Notes under the pieces: generated by a model | The model's input: the letters and a program-made list of their open reading frames with translations, nothing else | Databases searched by the model: none | Told to the model about the DNA's origin: nothing | NCBI RefSeq assembly: GCF_009914755.1 | Contig: NC_060927.1 | From: the human T2T-CHM13v2.0 reference genome, Homo sapiens | Direction: 5' to 3' (one strand) | Length of the DNA: 64,000 nucleotides | Translations under genes and position numbers: made by a program | In this document: positions 11,397 through 30,612 of the stretch, in pieces | Layout of the letters: each line of letters opens with the position of its first letter | How positions within the stretch are numbered: the stretch's first letter is position 1

Positions 11397-12411
11397 ATGG
11401 GGAAAAAACAGAGCAGAAAAACCAGAAACTCTAAAAATCAGAGCACCTCTCCTCCTCTAAAGGAACGCCACTCCTCACCAGCAATGGAACAAAGCTGGAC
11501 AGAGAATGACTTTGACAAGTTGAGAGAAGAAGCCTTCAGAAGATCGAACTACTCTGAGCTAAAGGAGGAAGTTCAAACCAACGGCAAAGAAGTTAAAAAC
11601 CTTGAAAAAAAATTAGACGAATGGCTACCTAGAATAACCAATGCAGAAAAGTCCTTAAAGGATCTGATGGAGCTGAAAACCATAGCATGAGAACTACGTG
11701 ATGAATGCACAAGCCTCAGTAGCCGATGCAATCAACGGGAAGAAAGGGTATCAGTGATGGAAGACGAAATGAATGAAATGAAGCGAGAAGAGAAGTTTAG
11801 AGAAAAAAGAACAAAAAGAAATGAAAAAGCCTCCAAGAAATATGGGACTATGTGAAAAGACCAAATTTACATCTGACTGGTGCACCTGAAAGTGATGGGA
11901 AGAATGGAACCAAGTTGGAAAACACTCCTCAGGATATTATGCAGGAGAATTCCCCAGTCTAGCAAGGCAGGCCAACATTCAAATTCAGGAAATACAGAGA
12001 ACATCACAAAGATACTCCTCGAGAAGAGCAACTCCAAGACACATAATTGTCAGATTCACCAAAGTTGAAATGAAGGAAAAAATGTTAAGGGCATCCAGAG
12101 AGAAAGGTCAGGTTACCCACAAAGGGAAGCCCATCAGACTAACAGCAGACCTCTCGGCAGAAACTCTACAAGCCAGAAGAAAGTGGGGGCCAATATTCAA
12201 CATTCTTAAAGAAAAGAATTTTCAACCCAGAATTTCATATCCAGCCAAACTAAGCTTCATATGTGAAGGAGAAATAAAATACTGTACAGACAAGCAAATG
12301 CTGAGAGATTCTGTCACCACCAGGCCTGCCCTAAAAGAGCTGCTGAAGGAAGCACTAAACATGGAAAGGAACAAACTGTACCAGCCACTGCAAAAACATG
12401 CCAAATTGTAA
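11397..12411 (+). pseudogene. L1 ORF1p remnant (disrupted)
   Basis: MGKKQSRK start, TGA at 11688-11690, downstream frameshifts, C-terminal piece ending YQPLQKHAKL* at the native stop. Confidence 0.93.
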
Positions 12412-12459
12412 AGACCACCAAGGCTAGGAAGAAACTGCATCAACTAATGAGCAAAATAA

Positions 12460-16298
<3,839 letters not shown>

Positions 16299-17274
16299 AC
16301 AATGAGAACATATGGACACAGGAAGGGGAACATCACATACCGGGGACTGTTGTGGGGTGGGGAGAGGTGGGAAGGATAGCATTAGGAGATATACCTAATG
16401 CTAAATGACGAGTTAATGGGTGCAGCACACCAACATGTGTAACAAACCTCCACGTTGTGCACATGTACCCTAAAACTTAAAGTATAATAATAATACAATT
16501 TTTTAAAAAGTTATGAATACCATAAACTTTGTGAGCACAAAATACTGTCATTACTGAGTAACTGCCTGTTATATCTCTATGATGCTTTTCCATATATTTT
16601 GGCTCTATATTCTTTGATTATTTGTTAGTCTTTTCATATAGAAATTGTTTTGTGCTTTGTTCTATAGAAAGAATGGGAAAGTAATTCAGTACTTTCTCTC
16701 TACCACAGTTCCTTAAAAATCTGTTGTTATTATTTGTTGTGGAAGTAACAGTGGTAGTAGACATAAAAATTTAGAAAATTTTTCTTCCACTTTAGGACCC
16801 ATTTTGGATAATGTCATGTTTTTAGAAATATAGTCAAAAAGACTTTATCAAATCTATTTAATACATAAATTGTAACATTGCAAGTCATTTCAAGTTTTCT
16901 CATGCAGTGTAATAAATATGCTTAGAAATGACCACACTCATAACCAATGTGTTTTCAATGTCCTTATTTAGTGGCATATACTTTTTGATGTTATCTGCAC
17001 TCATGTTAGTATTTGTATCAAATCAGCAAGAAACTATTATTTTTTCAGTATGTTCCCATGTTTCAAATCTTTTCATCAAAGGGGATCATTAAGCAATTCA
17101 AAGATCTCCACATAACTTCTATTTGAGAGGGATCTCTTTTTCTTAATGAACTACTACTTTTATGTGATGTAACCATTGTAGGTTCACATTTGCTTCTCTA
17201 AGTAAAAATATTTATAGTTTTATTATTTTGGATTCTTAAACGAGATTCATGCAGGCCAGGGTCTTGAAGCATAA

Positions 17275-17585
<311 letters not shown>

Positions 17586-18619
17586 GAAGCATAAGTTCTT
17601 TACTGTCATCAGAGATCATTTACCTCTGATTCTTCCCTTCTCATGTGACATGACATTTTAATCTGGTGTAGAGAGGACAGAGATTGATTGGGCATAGAGA
17701 AACTTAAGTAAACTTACTCAACTTGTCAAAAAGTGTGTCTGCAACAGATGAGAATATAAATGAAGGTATCATTAGGCAAGAGTATGATTTTATCAGCCAA
17801 GTTTGAAAAGGACTGAATAAACACAAGAAATCAGAGATATGATATTATGTAAGAGAATGAGAGTTCATGTGCATGCATTCAAAATATTTTATAATAGTCT
17901 GAAGATGTGATTGGGAGAATTTCATAACATGTCTTGATGTGCATGAGAGTGGGGATATATAAGAATATGAATTAGTAAGGGTATGAATGTATGTAGAAAA
18001 GACACTGAATGTGACAGAATGTTACTTTGAAATGCATTGTGATCAAGTACAGCAGTGATAAATAAAACAAAGCAAAAAAAAAATGAGTGAAACCTTCCTA
18101 CTGGTGCATTGATTTCAGCTTCTCTGCCCATCATCATGAGAACTTAAAATATATAACAAACAGCCATGACATTATAAGGAAATATAGGAAGTACCAGTTG
18201 CCAATGCAAACACTTCTACAATTTGAATATATATATTTTAGAATTTCCACTTTCTTTTCTTCTTTCAAGATCTTTGCTTTTCCTTTCATTTATTTTGTTA
18301 TCCATGAAAACTTGTTTTTAGAATAATATGAAAAGTCTTGATGCCTTCTCACTAAGGGTATCTAACATGAATAGAGCATATAAATTCCAAAATTAAATAA
18401 ATCTTCATGTCCACCAGAAGGAAGTTGCAGGGGAACGATTCCAAGATAAAATAGAGTATTTGTTTTCTCTAGATATGTTATGAGAGAAGGCTGTGGGAAG
18501 CCCTGATATACAAAGTTTGCATATACTAAGTAAATTACCATGATTCAGGTCTCTCCATCCTTATAAAATTCTAACTGAAGTTCTCAGAAGTAGCTTCTGC
18601 TCCATATACCATAATTCCA

Positions 18620-19900
18620 ACTATATATTCTTAAAGCAGGCAGACATTTGAAGATTTATTTTTCTGTAACAAAATACATTTGGATGTAAGAAACTTAGGG
18701 CTGTTTTGCAAGCTGTGTGTCATCAGGTACCCAGGCTCCTTCCAGTTCTTTTCTTTGCCATCTTCAGGTCACCTATCGAATATTAAAGATGGTACAAATT
18801 CATTGCATTTCTCTCTTTAAGAGATGAGGTCTGGCTGGGTGCAGTGGCTCACGCCTATAATTCTAGCACTTTGGGAGGCCGAGGTGGGCGGATCTCCTGA
18901 GGTCATGAGTCCGAGACCAGACTGGCCAACATGGCCAAACCCTGTCTCTACAAAAAATACAAAATTTAGCCGGGTGTGGTGGCATGCACCTGTAATCACA
19001 GCTACTTGGGAGGCTGAGGCAGGAGAATCACTTGAACCTCAGAGGTGGAGGTTGCAGTGAGCCAAGATCATGCCACTCTACTCCAGCCTGGGCAACAGAG
19101 GGAGACTCTGTCTCAAAAAAAAAAAAAAAAAATCAAGGGATGAGGTCTCTGTACTCTTCTCTAAAATACGGTAGAAACGACAGTGTGCCAATTTCTAGGC
19201 ACATGTCTCAAGGTACTGTCAAATTCTTCTTTCTCCTTCTTGAAACAGTTTCTTTCAGAGCTCTCAGCTGTCATGTAAGAAATCCAATGAGCCTGTTGAA
19301 GAGAGAAGCTGGACAGGCTCTGAGGCTACATAGAGAAAGAGAAAGGCTCTGCTGGGCTCAGGCTTTTAGCCACTCCCAACTAAGTGCCAGACAGGAAAAT
19401 AAGCTGTCACAGTTCTTGAAGATCAGCCTTATTGTCCACTAAATTTTAATGAGTCACTTCAAATGATGTTCTATGGAACAGAAGAATCATCTAATCCACA
19501 TAATTAGGAGGTGTAATTAAATTTTTGTTTTTTAAACTACTAAATTTGGGGGTGTTTTATAATGTATCAATAGATAACAATATTGCTTTACAGTTCAGAA
19601 TGGCTCCCAGAGCTTTAGCCATCATATCACATTACAGAAAGCTATGCAGTCATGCAGCAGGAAGGAGAAAAGGACAAAAAAAGTGCATCTCTTTCACTTT
19701 TAGGAAGACTCTCAGAATTCACATAACACTTTGTTTCAATATAATTGGCGAAAACTTGGTCACATTGTCATTCAGCTGTAAGAGGGACAGGGTAAAGTCT
19801 TTTGGATGGCTACACTGCCAAGCTAAACAAATGCACAATTATTTTTCTAAGAAAGAAGAATTGGATGTTGGATTGGCAACTAGTAGTATCTACATTCCTT
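18620..19900. mobile_element. Nested MLT1 (MaLR) LTR remnants surrounding the Alu
   Basis: tttaaactactaaatttgggggtgttttataatgtatcaatagataac (MLT1 3' end, ~19530-19580), gtacccaggctccttcc and ttggtcacattgtcattcagctgtaag (older MLT1K/L-like). Confidence 0.6.
18833..19132 (+). mobile_element. AluS-family SINE, full length, with TSD
   Basis: TSD aagagatgaggtct (18819-18832) / aagggatgaggtct (19135-19148), A-tail. Confidence 0.97.
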
Positions 19901-19988
19901 CAACTCTCTCATTAATATCAACAACATTTTTGAACACTTAGTATGTTCTCAAATTCTCATTAGAAAAAAATTAAGATAGCCAGAAATA

Positions 19989-20585
19989 GTATTAGTTTTC
20001 TGTTACCAAACACTTAGTGGATTAAAAACAATATCCATTTAGTAGCCAACAATTCTGAGGGTCAGAATCCAGGCAGAGTGGGCTGGGCTTTCTGCATAGG
20101 GTTTCACAGGGCCGATATCAAGATTTCAACTAGTCTGGGCTTTTATATGAATGCTCTAGTAAAGACTTTACTTCCATAAACATCCAGATTCTTGGCTGAA
20201 TTCAATTTATTGTGGTTGTAGGACTGATGTCCTTGTTTTCTTGCTAGCTAACAGCTGGAGGAGTCACTCCACTCCTTAGGCAAGCCATATTCTTTCTCAC
20301 ATGACCCCTCTATCTTCAGACCAGCAACAAAGTGTAAAGTCCTTCTCACATGTTAAATCTCTGTGACATTTTCTACCTTCAGCCAGATAAAGCTCTGCAC
20401 TTTAATGATTGATATAATTAAATCAATCCTACTCAGATAATCTTATCTGAAGTTTAACTTTGCTATAGAGTATCATATAATTACAATATACTCACAGGAA
20501 TGATATTGTATCATATCTATAGTTTTTGTGGATTAGTTAGAAACACTTTGGGGGGAGCTACTTAAAAAATTCTACCCACCACACA
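19989..20585 (-). mobile_element. MLT1 (MLT1E/F-like) solo LTR
   Basis: gtattagttttctg...caaacacttagtggattaaaaacaa...ctgaattcaatttattgtggttgtaggactgatgtcc...aattctacccaccaca. Confidence 0.7.
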
Positions 20586-22379
20586 ATTCAGTTATGTCCA
20601 TATTTAGATAAACATTGGCACTAAGTTCTTCACCACAATGTAAGATGAAAGAGAGAATGGGGAAGAACCTCACTGTCAATTCTGTGCTCATCTGGTCTTT
20701 TGGGAGGACAGAATTGTTTTAGACTTTCTGTTTCAAATTTCTGTATACAACAAAGTGGTTTTAAATATGCTCACACCTCTGCCACATTCTTAAGAATTTG
20801 TTTTCTATATTTCTGTTACTGACCCTGTTTCAGAATTCAACTCAACTATTTTTCCCTCTATGAGTAACTTCTTAATTTCCCTCTTTGGCCTTATTGAAAT
20901 TGAGTCTTTCTTTATACCTTTACTGCATGTTCTACAAACTTTTGTCCTGAATTATCACTAAAATTGTTTGTACCACATTCTACCTCTCCCATGAAACTGA
21001 AAACTCTAGGGATGCACTGGTGTATGACTATAGCATTAAGCACAGTTCCTAATACTTGTGCATTTGATATGTATTTGTTGCTCAAAGGAAAGGCTGGAAG
21101 ACATCGCAGCTAGTTCAGGTGGCCTTTAGGAGGCTTCCACTCACCTGCAAACATGGATAGAGGAATTCAAGGAGGGAGAAGCTTGCCTTATCCAACTGTA
21201 ATTTAGATATCCCTCTATGGCATCCTTCCAGTGCTTGAGCTTAAGAATAACAGTGACAGTACTTTTTATTTAATTTTTGAATCTAGACATGTATTTCTTC
21301 AAAGTGGCTCCTGCATACTATCCTTTATTATTATTATTCTTTTTAATTTTTACAATTGCATTGGAATAGATGTACAACAAACCGTTCCCAGTGTCATATT
21401 TTTCAGTGTATGATTTGGGGACATAACCTTCTCTCAAAAATTAGGCATTTGGTTTCTACTATGTGCAAGACTGGAGTTAAGGGGATGGGACCAGAGATGT
21501 GGTATATGTACTTGAGAGTCACAGAGTACTGTGGGGAAACAGACAAGGAAAGAATTGAAGCTAATGTTATTTGGCTTGTTTTGGTAATGGGACTATGTTG
21601 GACACAGAAGCAGTGCCTCTGACCTTAGCAAAAGGCAAGGGAGAGGTTTCTATGAGAAGTGATAGCAGAATTAGCATTGTAGGACTGGTATGAGTCTTCA
21701 GGTGAAGGAGTGAGAGAGAGTTTCATACAGAAAGTTTATTTTCTCTGTAATAAAAGTACAAAAGTTTGTTGTTTGGAGTTCAAAAGGATATCAAGCTATA
21801 CATAAGGAAGCAAACACAGAATACTGTTACCTGCCCTGCTGTTATTATTGAATCTGTACTCCAAAGGCAAGATTATCACAGGAATTACATTAAAAATTCT
21901 TGTGAATAACAATAAAGGCACTTTGTTTCCTTTTTGATGCTAAATACCTTTTTTTTTAAATTTCCCCCAACATTGTCCCATATTACTTTTTAAATTTTTT
22001 CACTATTAAATGTTTGATCTATACTTGAATTGCAAAAATAAACCAAAGGAGATGGTTATTGAATAGAAGTGGCACATTAGTTACTTGTAATAAAAAACTC
22101 AGCAGACCAAATAATAGGACTTCAATGGGCTTAGAAAACAAGAGGTAGATGAGGCTAGAGTTTGAATTGCAGCTCATGGTAAACTTTTCTTTGGGTCTGC
22201 TTAGAAAATATTTTTTTTCCTGACTACCTGAAGAGTTTTAAATTTGTCCTCCCTTTGACTTTGAATCTCTGTGTGTGGTGGTTTTCAGAAATTAGCTTTT
22301 ATGTGATCAAACCGCTCCTTTTTGATTCTTGATTCAAAGCTTTTGTAATTATGTTCAGAGCACTGTAAAAAAAGTATAA

Positions 22380-22600
22380 ATGCATCTCTAATGTATGGAG
22401 ATTGGGAGACCAGCAGCCAAGTGAAACTCTGCAGCACAGGGAGAGAGTGTACAGAGGTCAGCGGAGCTGTTGAAAAGAATAGAAATTAGATCCTGTCAGA
22501 AAGAGGTGAAGGAATTAGACTCATCCTAAGAAAAGAGCTGGCGAAGAGGAATTTAATAATGTATCTCCTTATTTGTAGAGGCAGAATATTAGACACTTAT
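22380..22600 (+). mobile_element. CR1/L3 LINE 3' ORF2 remnant
   Basis: gagagtgtacagagg...gaaggaattagactcatcctaagaaaagagctggcgaagaggaatttaataatgtatc resembles the CR1 LERVQRR...LEKRRLRGDLI region. Confidence 0.5.
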
Positions 22601-23649
22601 AAGAATGTAGACAATTTGAAACCTAGCAATACCTACTACCTACTTTCCCACCTACCAACTCATGAGAAATCCAATTATTGGATATTTACTAAGTTCCTAT
22701 TGCATACATAGCATTTGCTGGATATTAGCAGAAATTAATAGCAGCTCATATTACATTAATGAATATTCATGACTGAAAAGAAATAGGCACATACAAGGCA
22801 ATATAGGTTGAGAGATTTTTAGACCTCAAAAATTAGAAAAGCTGTAGAATTAAGGACTCTTCTAATTATGCTCTGTGGTGTGAAAATCAATGTGTTGCCT
22901 AGAGAAGAAATTTTGAAACAACTGTATCTTGCATTTGATGTATTATTATTATTATTATTATTATTTGGTTTCTAAAATATCTACCTTTTTGCAATAAGCT
23001 CCTTGGCATATGCTCATTACTGAGGAAAATAAAACAGGTATATGACTAATTAGACTTCACCTTATCAGTTCAGGAAAAGCCTGACTACCCATTCCTTGTT
23101 ATAATAAACTAATGATGCCTCCCTGCATTATATGATACGGTCAGGGTGGTTCATTACAACTTTGTTGTCTTATTCCATAAATGTCAAGCAATTAAAGGTG
23201 AAAGCTTTACCTTCACATTTGTTTTGGAGATGGGTTTTAAATAGTTCAATGTGGTCACATTATTGTAAGATAGCAGCAACAGTTTCTTCATGATACCAAA
23301 TGTCTAGTAGAAAAGTCTAAAAACCTATTTTAGAACATCTATTTATTTTTGTTTATAAAATAAGAAGTAAGAAATTAAAATATGCCCTTATATTCTGATT
23401 GTTTGTATATGTCAGGTGTTCAGCTCAATATTTCTACTGGTAATTTTGAGTTTCTGCTAATATATCCTAAATTAAAGGTTTTTAATATTCCACATCGTCT
23501 AACTTGAGGGGTCACTAGTGGATGCCTACATGTGGATTATCTTTAGTATGTTTTATTTTTAAAAAATCATTTTCCTTTCATTTTCTTCCCTTCATGTTGA
23601 AATTAGTTGTTTCTATGCTAATACGAGAATAATAAAATGAAAAAGAAAG

Positions 23650-23880
23650 GGAACTGAAATTAGCCAGACCTGGGTTTGTGTCCAATTGCCCCATTTCTGT
23701 GTGTAAGATATTGAACAGTTTACATAGGCTTTTTGTGATTGAGGTTAACCTGTAATATGGGAATTATTAGCATCCAGCCAAAATGAAGGATGTGTGGTAA
23801 AGCTTAACTGATATAATAATGTGTTGTATTTAGAAGAATGTGTTGTACCTAGCAGGTATTCAATAAATATTACTGTTTCT
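23650..23880 (+). mobile_element. MIR SINE remnant
   Basis: agccagacctgggtttg...ctgtaatatgggaattattag...tagcaggtattcaataaat. Confidence 0.65.
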
Positions 23881-24981
23881 TCTCTTGTTATGGTTGCTAT
23901 TTCATTTTGCTTGGCCTGTCTCCTTTAACTTACAGTGTTTTTTTAGGTAGTTGAACACTGAAATAATAATTAAAAGACAAAGTATATAGAAAATGTGGTT
24001 TTCCTTTCTCATTAATCTGTCAGTCACAGAGTTAGGTCACTGAAACATCAAATTTAAAGCTCCAAAAGATCTCACAAATAATTTTGTACACGTTCCCCAT
24101 TTTTTAGATGAGGAAAAATTTCTCAAACCTCCAAACTCACCCAGCCTGTCATCTCTAACTTCCTATTCAATTCCAGAAGGAACAGTTGGGGAGCTGAAAT
24201 AGGAGAGGGATTTCTATGTCAGCTTTGCATTTTTCAACTCATTATTATAGAAATCTATTTCAGTGAGACTTTAATAATTTTATGGATAATCGTATGAGCC
24301 AGTCACACATATTCTATAACCATAATCTAAAACATCTTTTCCAATAGTTTGTTTTAGGAAACAATATTTCTACAAGAAGTTACACATAGAGAGATCGCCA
24401 TAACTAAAAAACTTTGAAAATATTAAACTGAACTAAGTTGAACAAGTTTGTCCATAGATGACATATGGAAAGTCATGAACATCTTCAAAGAACTGTGCCT
24501 GCCGGTGGGTGTACAAGTGTGTGTGCTGGAGGTATTATACTATTGTGTAGTTCACAAAGCTAACCATAAAGTGGGGTAAAACAAAAATTGTCTTTTTGTC
24601 TGCTTAACTCTAAACAGTTAGCTTATCCTGTCAGTGGATTATTTTAATTTTTAAAAAAGAAAGTCAGTGAAACAGTATTCAACATATATTATAAAAACTA
24701 TTTAATTATATTTATAAAAACTATTCATTGATTATAGAAACTATTGTTTAGGAAACAACACATATAACAGAGGAGTAAGAAATGGTGTTATGGCATTTAT
24801 TGAATTCTGAAGAAACATGTACTGATAATATGAGGCTACGTCTGAACTGGGGCAGCAGCAGGGGCAGTGGGCTTAGTTGCAGAAATTTAATGTTTGGTGA
24901 AGTAAAACAACTACCCAAATAGTAGTTGTTTTTAAGCATCTGGGCAGTCCTTTTAAAATTTAAGTTTAAAGATATTAAAGT

Positions 24982-25434
24982 CACTATTCACAATAGCAAA
25001 GACTTGGAACCAACCCAAATGTCCAACAATGATAGACTGGATTAAGAAAATGTGGCACATATACACCATGGAATACTATGTAGCCATAAAAAATGATGAG
25101 TTCATGTCCTTTGTAGGGACATGGTTGAAGCTGGAAACCATCATTCTCAGCAAACTATCGCAAGGACAAAAAACCAAACACTGCATGTTCTCACACATAG
25201 GTGGAAACTGAACAATGAGAACACATGGACACAGGAAGGGGAACATCACACACCAGGGACTGTTGTGGGGTGGGGGAAGGAGGGAGGGATAGCATTAGGA
25301 GATATACCTAATGCTAAATGACGAGTTAGTGGGTGCAGCACACCAACATGGCACATGTATACATATGTAACAAACCTGCACGTTGTGCACATGTACCCTA
25401 AAACTTAAAGTATAATAATAATAAAATAAAAAAA
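24982..25434 (+). mobile_element. 5'-truncated L1PA4-like 3' end with TSD
   Basis: ORF2 C-terminus and 3'UTR. TSD aaagatattaaag (24968-24980) / aaagatattaatg (25432-25444). Confidence 0.95.
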
Positions 25435-25599
25435 GATATTAATGCTGCTTTCCCATAGAAGACATTTAGAGCATTTTTACAATTCTTTTAAAAAGTTAGC
25501 TATACATTTCCCGTGAATAAGAAAACTTAAAATTCAGCTTGTAATAATGCAGACTGTTCTGAAATAATTTTTTAGAAGAAAAATGTAAGAACATTTATT

Positions 25600-26745
25600 C
25601 TAAGAATAATGAGAAAACAAATACAGTATCAGTTGAGATTTTATTCTTGTTACCATGGGAGACATGACAACGGTCCTGCTAGAGCATGATTAAAGGGTTA
25701 AAGTGAATGAGAAGATTAAAGAAAAAAAACCAGACAGACCCAGAGGGAAAAGAAAGCCACAAGAAAATAGGTCCACTAATGAATGAGGAAGGGCATGAAA
25801 TTAATGATGACTCTAAAACGCTTGAGTTATTGAACTCATTTTTAAAATCTGCCTTTAACAATAGAAATGAAGCAAAGAAATATAGACAATTAGGGAGTAA
25901 TGAAGATGTTGAAAATATTGCTCTAGCCAATGTGAAGATAAGGGAATTCCTTACTTGGTAGTCATTACAAGACTCACATCACCCTGAGTTATTTAGGGGA
26001 TTAGGCAGCATGTTTACTGATCCACGAATATTTATTCTTAGAAAATGAAAGAATGTTAGCATATTGAGAAATATGGAAATAACAGGCTCTTGAAAAGTAT
26101 TGGAAACTTCTGCTCAAGAAGGTGAGCATCAGCAAAGTGTAGCATTTGATACTCCTGGAAAATATTAAGCATGAGAAATAGGCAGAGTGCTTTCAACGAG
26201 AATAAAACAGGCTCAATGAATGTACAGTTTTTTTCATCACAAATCCACGAAAGATATTGAAAAGAAAATATGTAAGTCAAACACTTGGACATCAGGATAA
26301 TTTCTGATTTGGTGAGTCACCCAATTGTGCATACAAAATTAATCAGAGTGAATTAAAAAAGTGGGGTTTAATCATGGTCTTGGAATCAGGTTAAAGATCA
26401 TCATGAGTGATAAAAATAAAGCAAATTATATAAATGATTAATGGGCTCAGTATGGGCCAGTACTAATTCTGTTTTGTGTAAAGGCTTTATTGTTTGTGAC
26501 TAGTAAAACATTTAATGAATTGTTTGAAATATTTTTAAGTGGTTATTATTCACTTAAAGCCAGGAAAACTTACAAAAGCAACAAAGAGACAAAAATAATA
26601 AAAGCAAAACTATAAGTATCTAAGTAAAGAATTATATTTATAAAAAGAAGGAGAATAAGAGTTCTCAAGAATTCAAGAGTCATTCTTACAGGTGGAGAAC
26701 TTATGCGGCATCTTGCAGTTTAAATGAGATAGAAGTTCAACAATG
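25600..26745 (+). mobile_element. CR1/L3 LINE ORF2 fossil, left part
   Basis: Track ORF 25707..25961 contains KIGPLMNEEGHEINDDSKTLELLNSFLKSAF, matching the CR1 ORF2 motif GPL.N..G....D..KAE.LN.FF.SVF. Confidence 0.65.
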
Positions 26746-28940
<2,195 letters not shown>

Positions 28941-29500
28941 CAACAGTGTGACAGCAGCAATAATGAAAGGATATACTATTTTTTTCCTTGCTCTTATATT
29001 AAATTCTCTCAATGCTAGAAAGACTAGTTGATGTTTTTCTCCATCTAATCAATAAGCAGCATGAGAAACATTGTATCCTAAGAACTACAGAGTCATAGCT
29101 ACGCTGTGAGAAAGAAAAAGCAGAATTATACATAAGAAATTCTAAAAATGAGTAAGAAAGTGGCATTCACAAGTTAGACAATCATGAGCATTTTAGTTTA
29201 CCTCTGGGCTCTAAGCTTTTTCAAGGAAATTTAGAGGAAATACCCAAATTATAAAGTAGCAAGACTAGGAAAAGGAACAACAGATGAAAACTTTTGGTTG
29301 GATCGCTGCAAATAAATGCTGATTAACATAAAAATGAGAATCATAACATTTGAAATGGAGCAAAAGATTAGAACAAGCAGTAATGATTTAATATTTCAAA
29401 GGAATAACTCGTGTATACGATGAAACTTGCTGTTATATGGGAAAGCTAAGATGTGACTGCACTAACCCTGAGAGAGTGACATGGTGAGCCTTTTGAAACC
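28941..29500 (+). mobile_element. CR1/L3 LINE fossil, right part
   Basis: Resumes with caacagtgtgacagcagca (QQCD.., CR1 SQQC motif). Very decayed thereafter. Confidence 0.4.
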
Positions 29501-29689
29501 TCTTCTATTTCACTTGTGAGATGGGTGCATATGCTACCATTAGTTACTCTCCAGTTCAAGTGTTTTAAGCCTCTGTTGTTGAGGAAAAGTCACAACTTTT
29601 TAAAGGGGATGTATTATATATTTTTTCTATTATATTTAACCAAAACACTTCCTCTGTGCTAATGAGAGCTCTATCGCATCAAACACTTG

Positions 29690-29895
29690 CCATGGAAGAT
29701 ACACCACGCCCATTATCACAGCCGTTCACATCACCCCTCCAGGGCAGGAATTGTTATCTAGGCATCACAAATAAGAAGAATGACATAAACTCTAAGTAGC
29801 ATTTCCAGTGTCACCCAGCATGGAGGTGGTGAGGCTGAACAACAAACTCAGGTAATAGGCTCCCAAACCCTTGTTCTTGCCCCACCCACTGCCTA
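29690..29895 (-). mobile_element. MIR SINE remnant
   Basis: ttcacatcacccctccagggcaggaattgttatc...aagtagcatttccagtgtcacccagc. Confidence 0.55.
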
Positions 29896-30346
29896 ATACC
29901 AAGACCAACTTAAAGATCACAATAAAGACTTAAGGAGCTCCTTTCAGTCTCTGACAATGTCCTCACTTAAAAGGAAGTGAAATGGGTTTTTGTCAGAGTC
30001 TGTGATCTAATTGGAACAGCCCAAAGGGATTGCTATTAATGAAGACATATTCTTCTCTTGAAATACCTTTGTCGTAGTGGTCTAGTAGTCACAGTTCTCA
30101 GGATGGCCTTTGACCATACCATTGCAGCATTTCCATACAAACATATTTGTAGCAGTTCCATACAAACAGATGCTGCCTGGAACTCCCAGGGCAGGACAGT
30201 TGCAGTTGTGTGCTAAACAACTATGGTTTTCTGAATGAAATGTAGCAAAAGAAATAGAGGAGCTTCTGCTTTGTATACCTGCATGGCAGATTTATATACA
30301 CATTATATTACACATGCATGTCATCTCAGCAACCTGTGATTTCAGA

Positions 30347-30612
30347 TTTATGTATGTATGTATGTTTGAGATGGATGAGTCTCACTCTGTTGCCCAGGCT
30401 GGAGTGCAGTGGTGCAATCATGGTTCATGGTAGCATCAAACTCTTGGGCTCAAGTGATCCTCCTGCTTCATCCTGCCAAGTAACAGAGACTGCAGGCAGG
30501 GACCACCATGTCTGGTTAATTTTGAAAAAAATTTTTAGAGATGGGGTCTCACTGTTACCCAGGCTCGTCTCGAACTGCTGGCATCAAGCAACCTTCCTGC
30601 CTCAGCCTCCTG
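30347..30612 (-). mobile_element. AluJ-family SINE with (TATG)n tail
   Basis: ctcttgggctcaagtgatcctcctg and tttagagatggggtctcactgtt are AluJ diagnostics. Confidence 0.9.

Noticed and set aside
21139-21200. Minus-strand exon ending at a consensus donor (actcacctg)
   Set aside because: Weak upstream acceptor, no recognisable peptide, and such 9-mers occur by chance in 64 kb.
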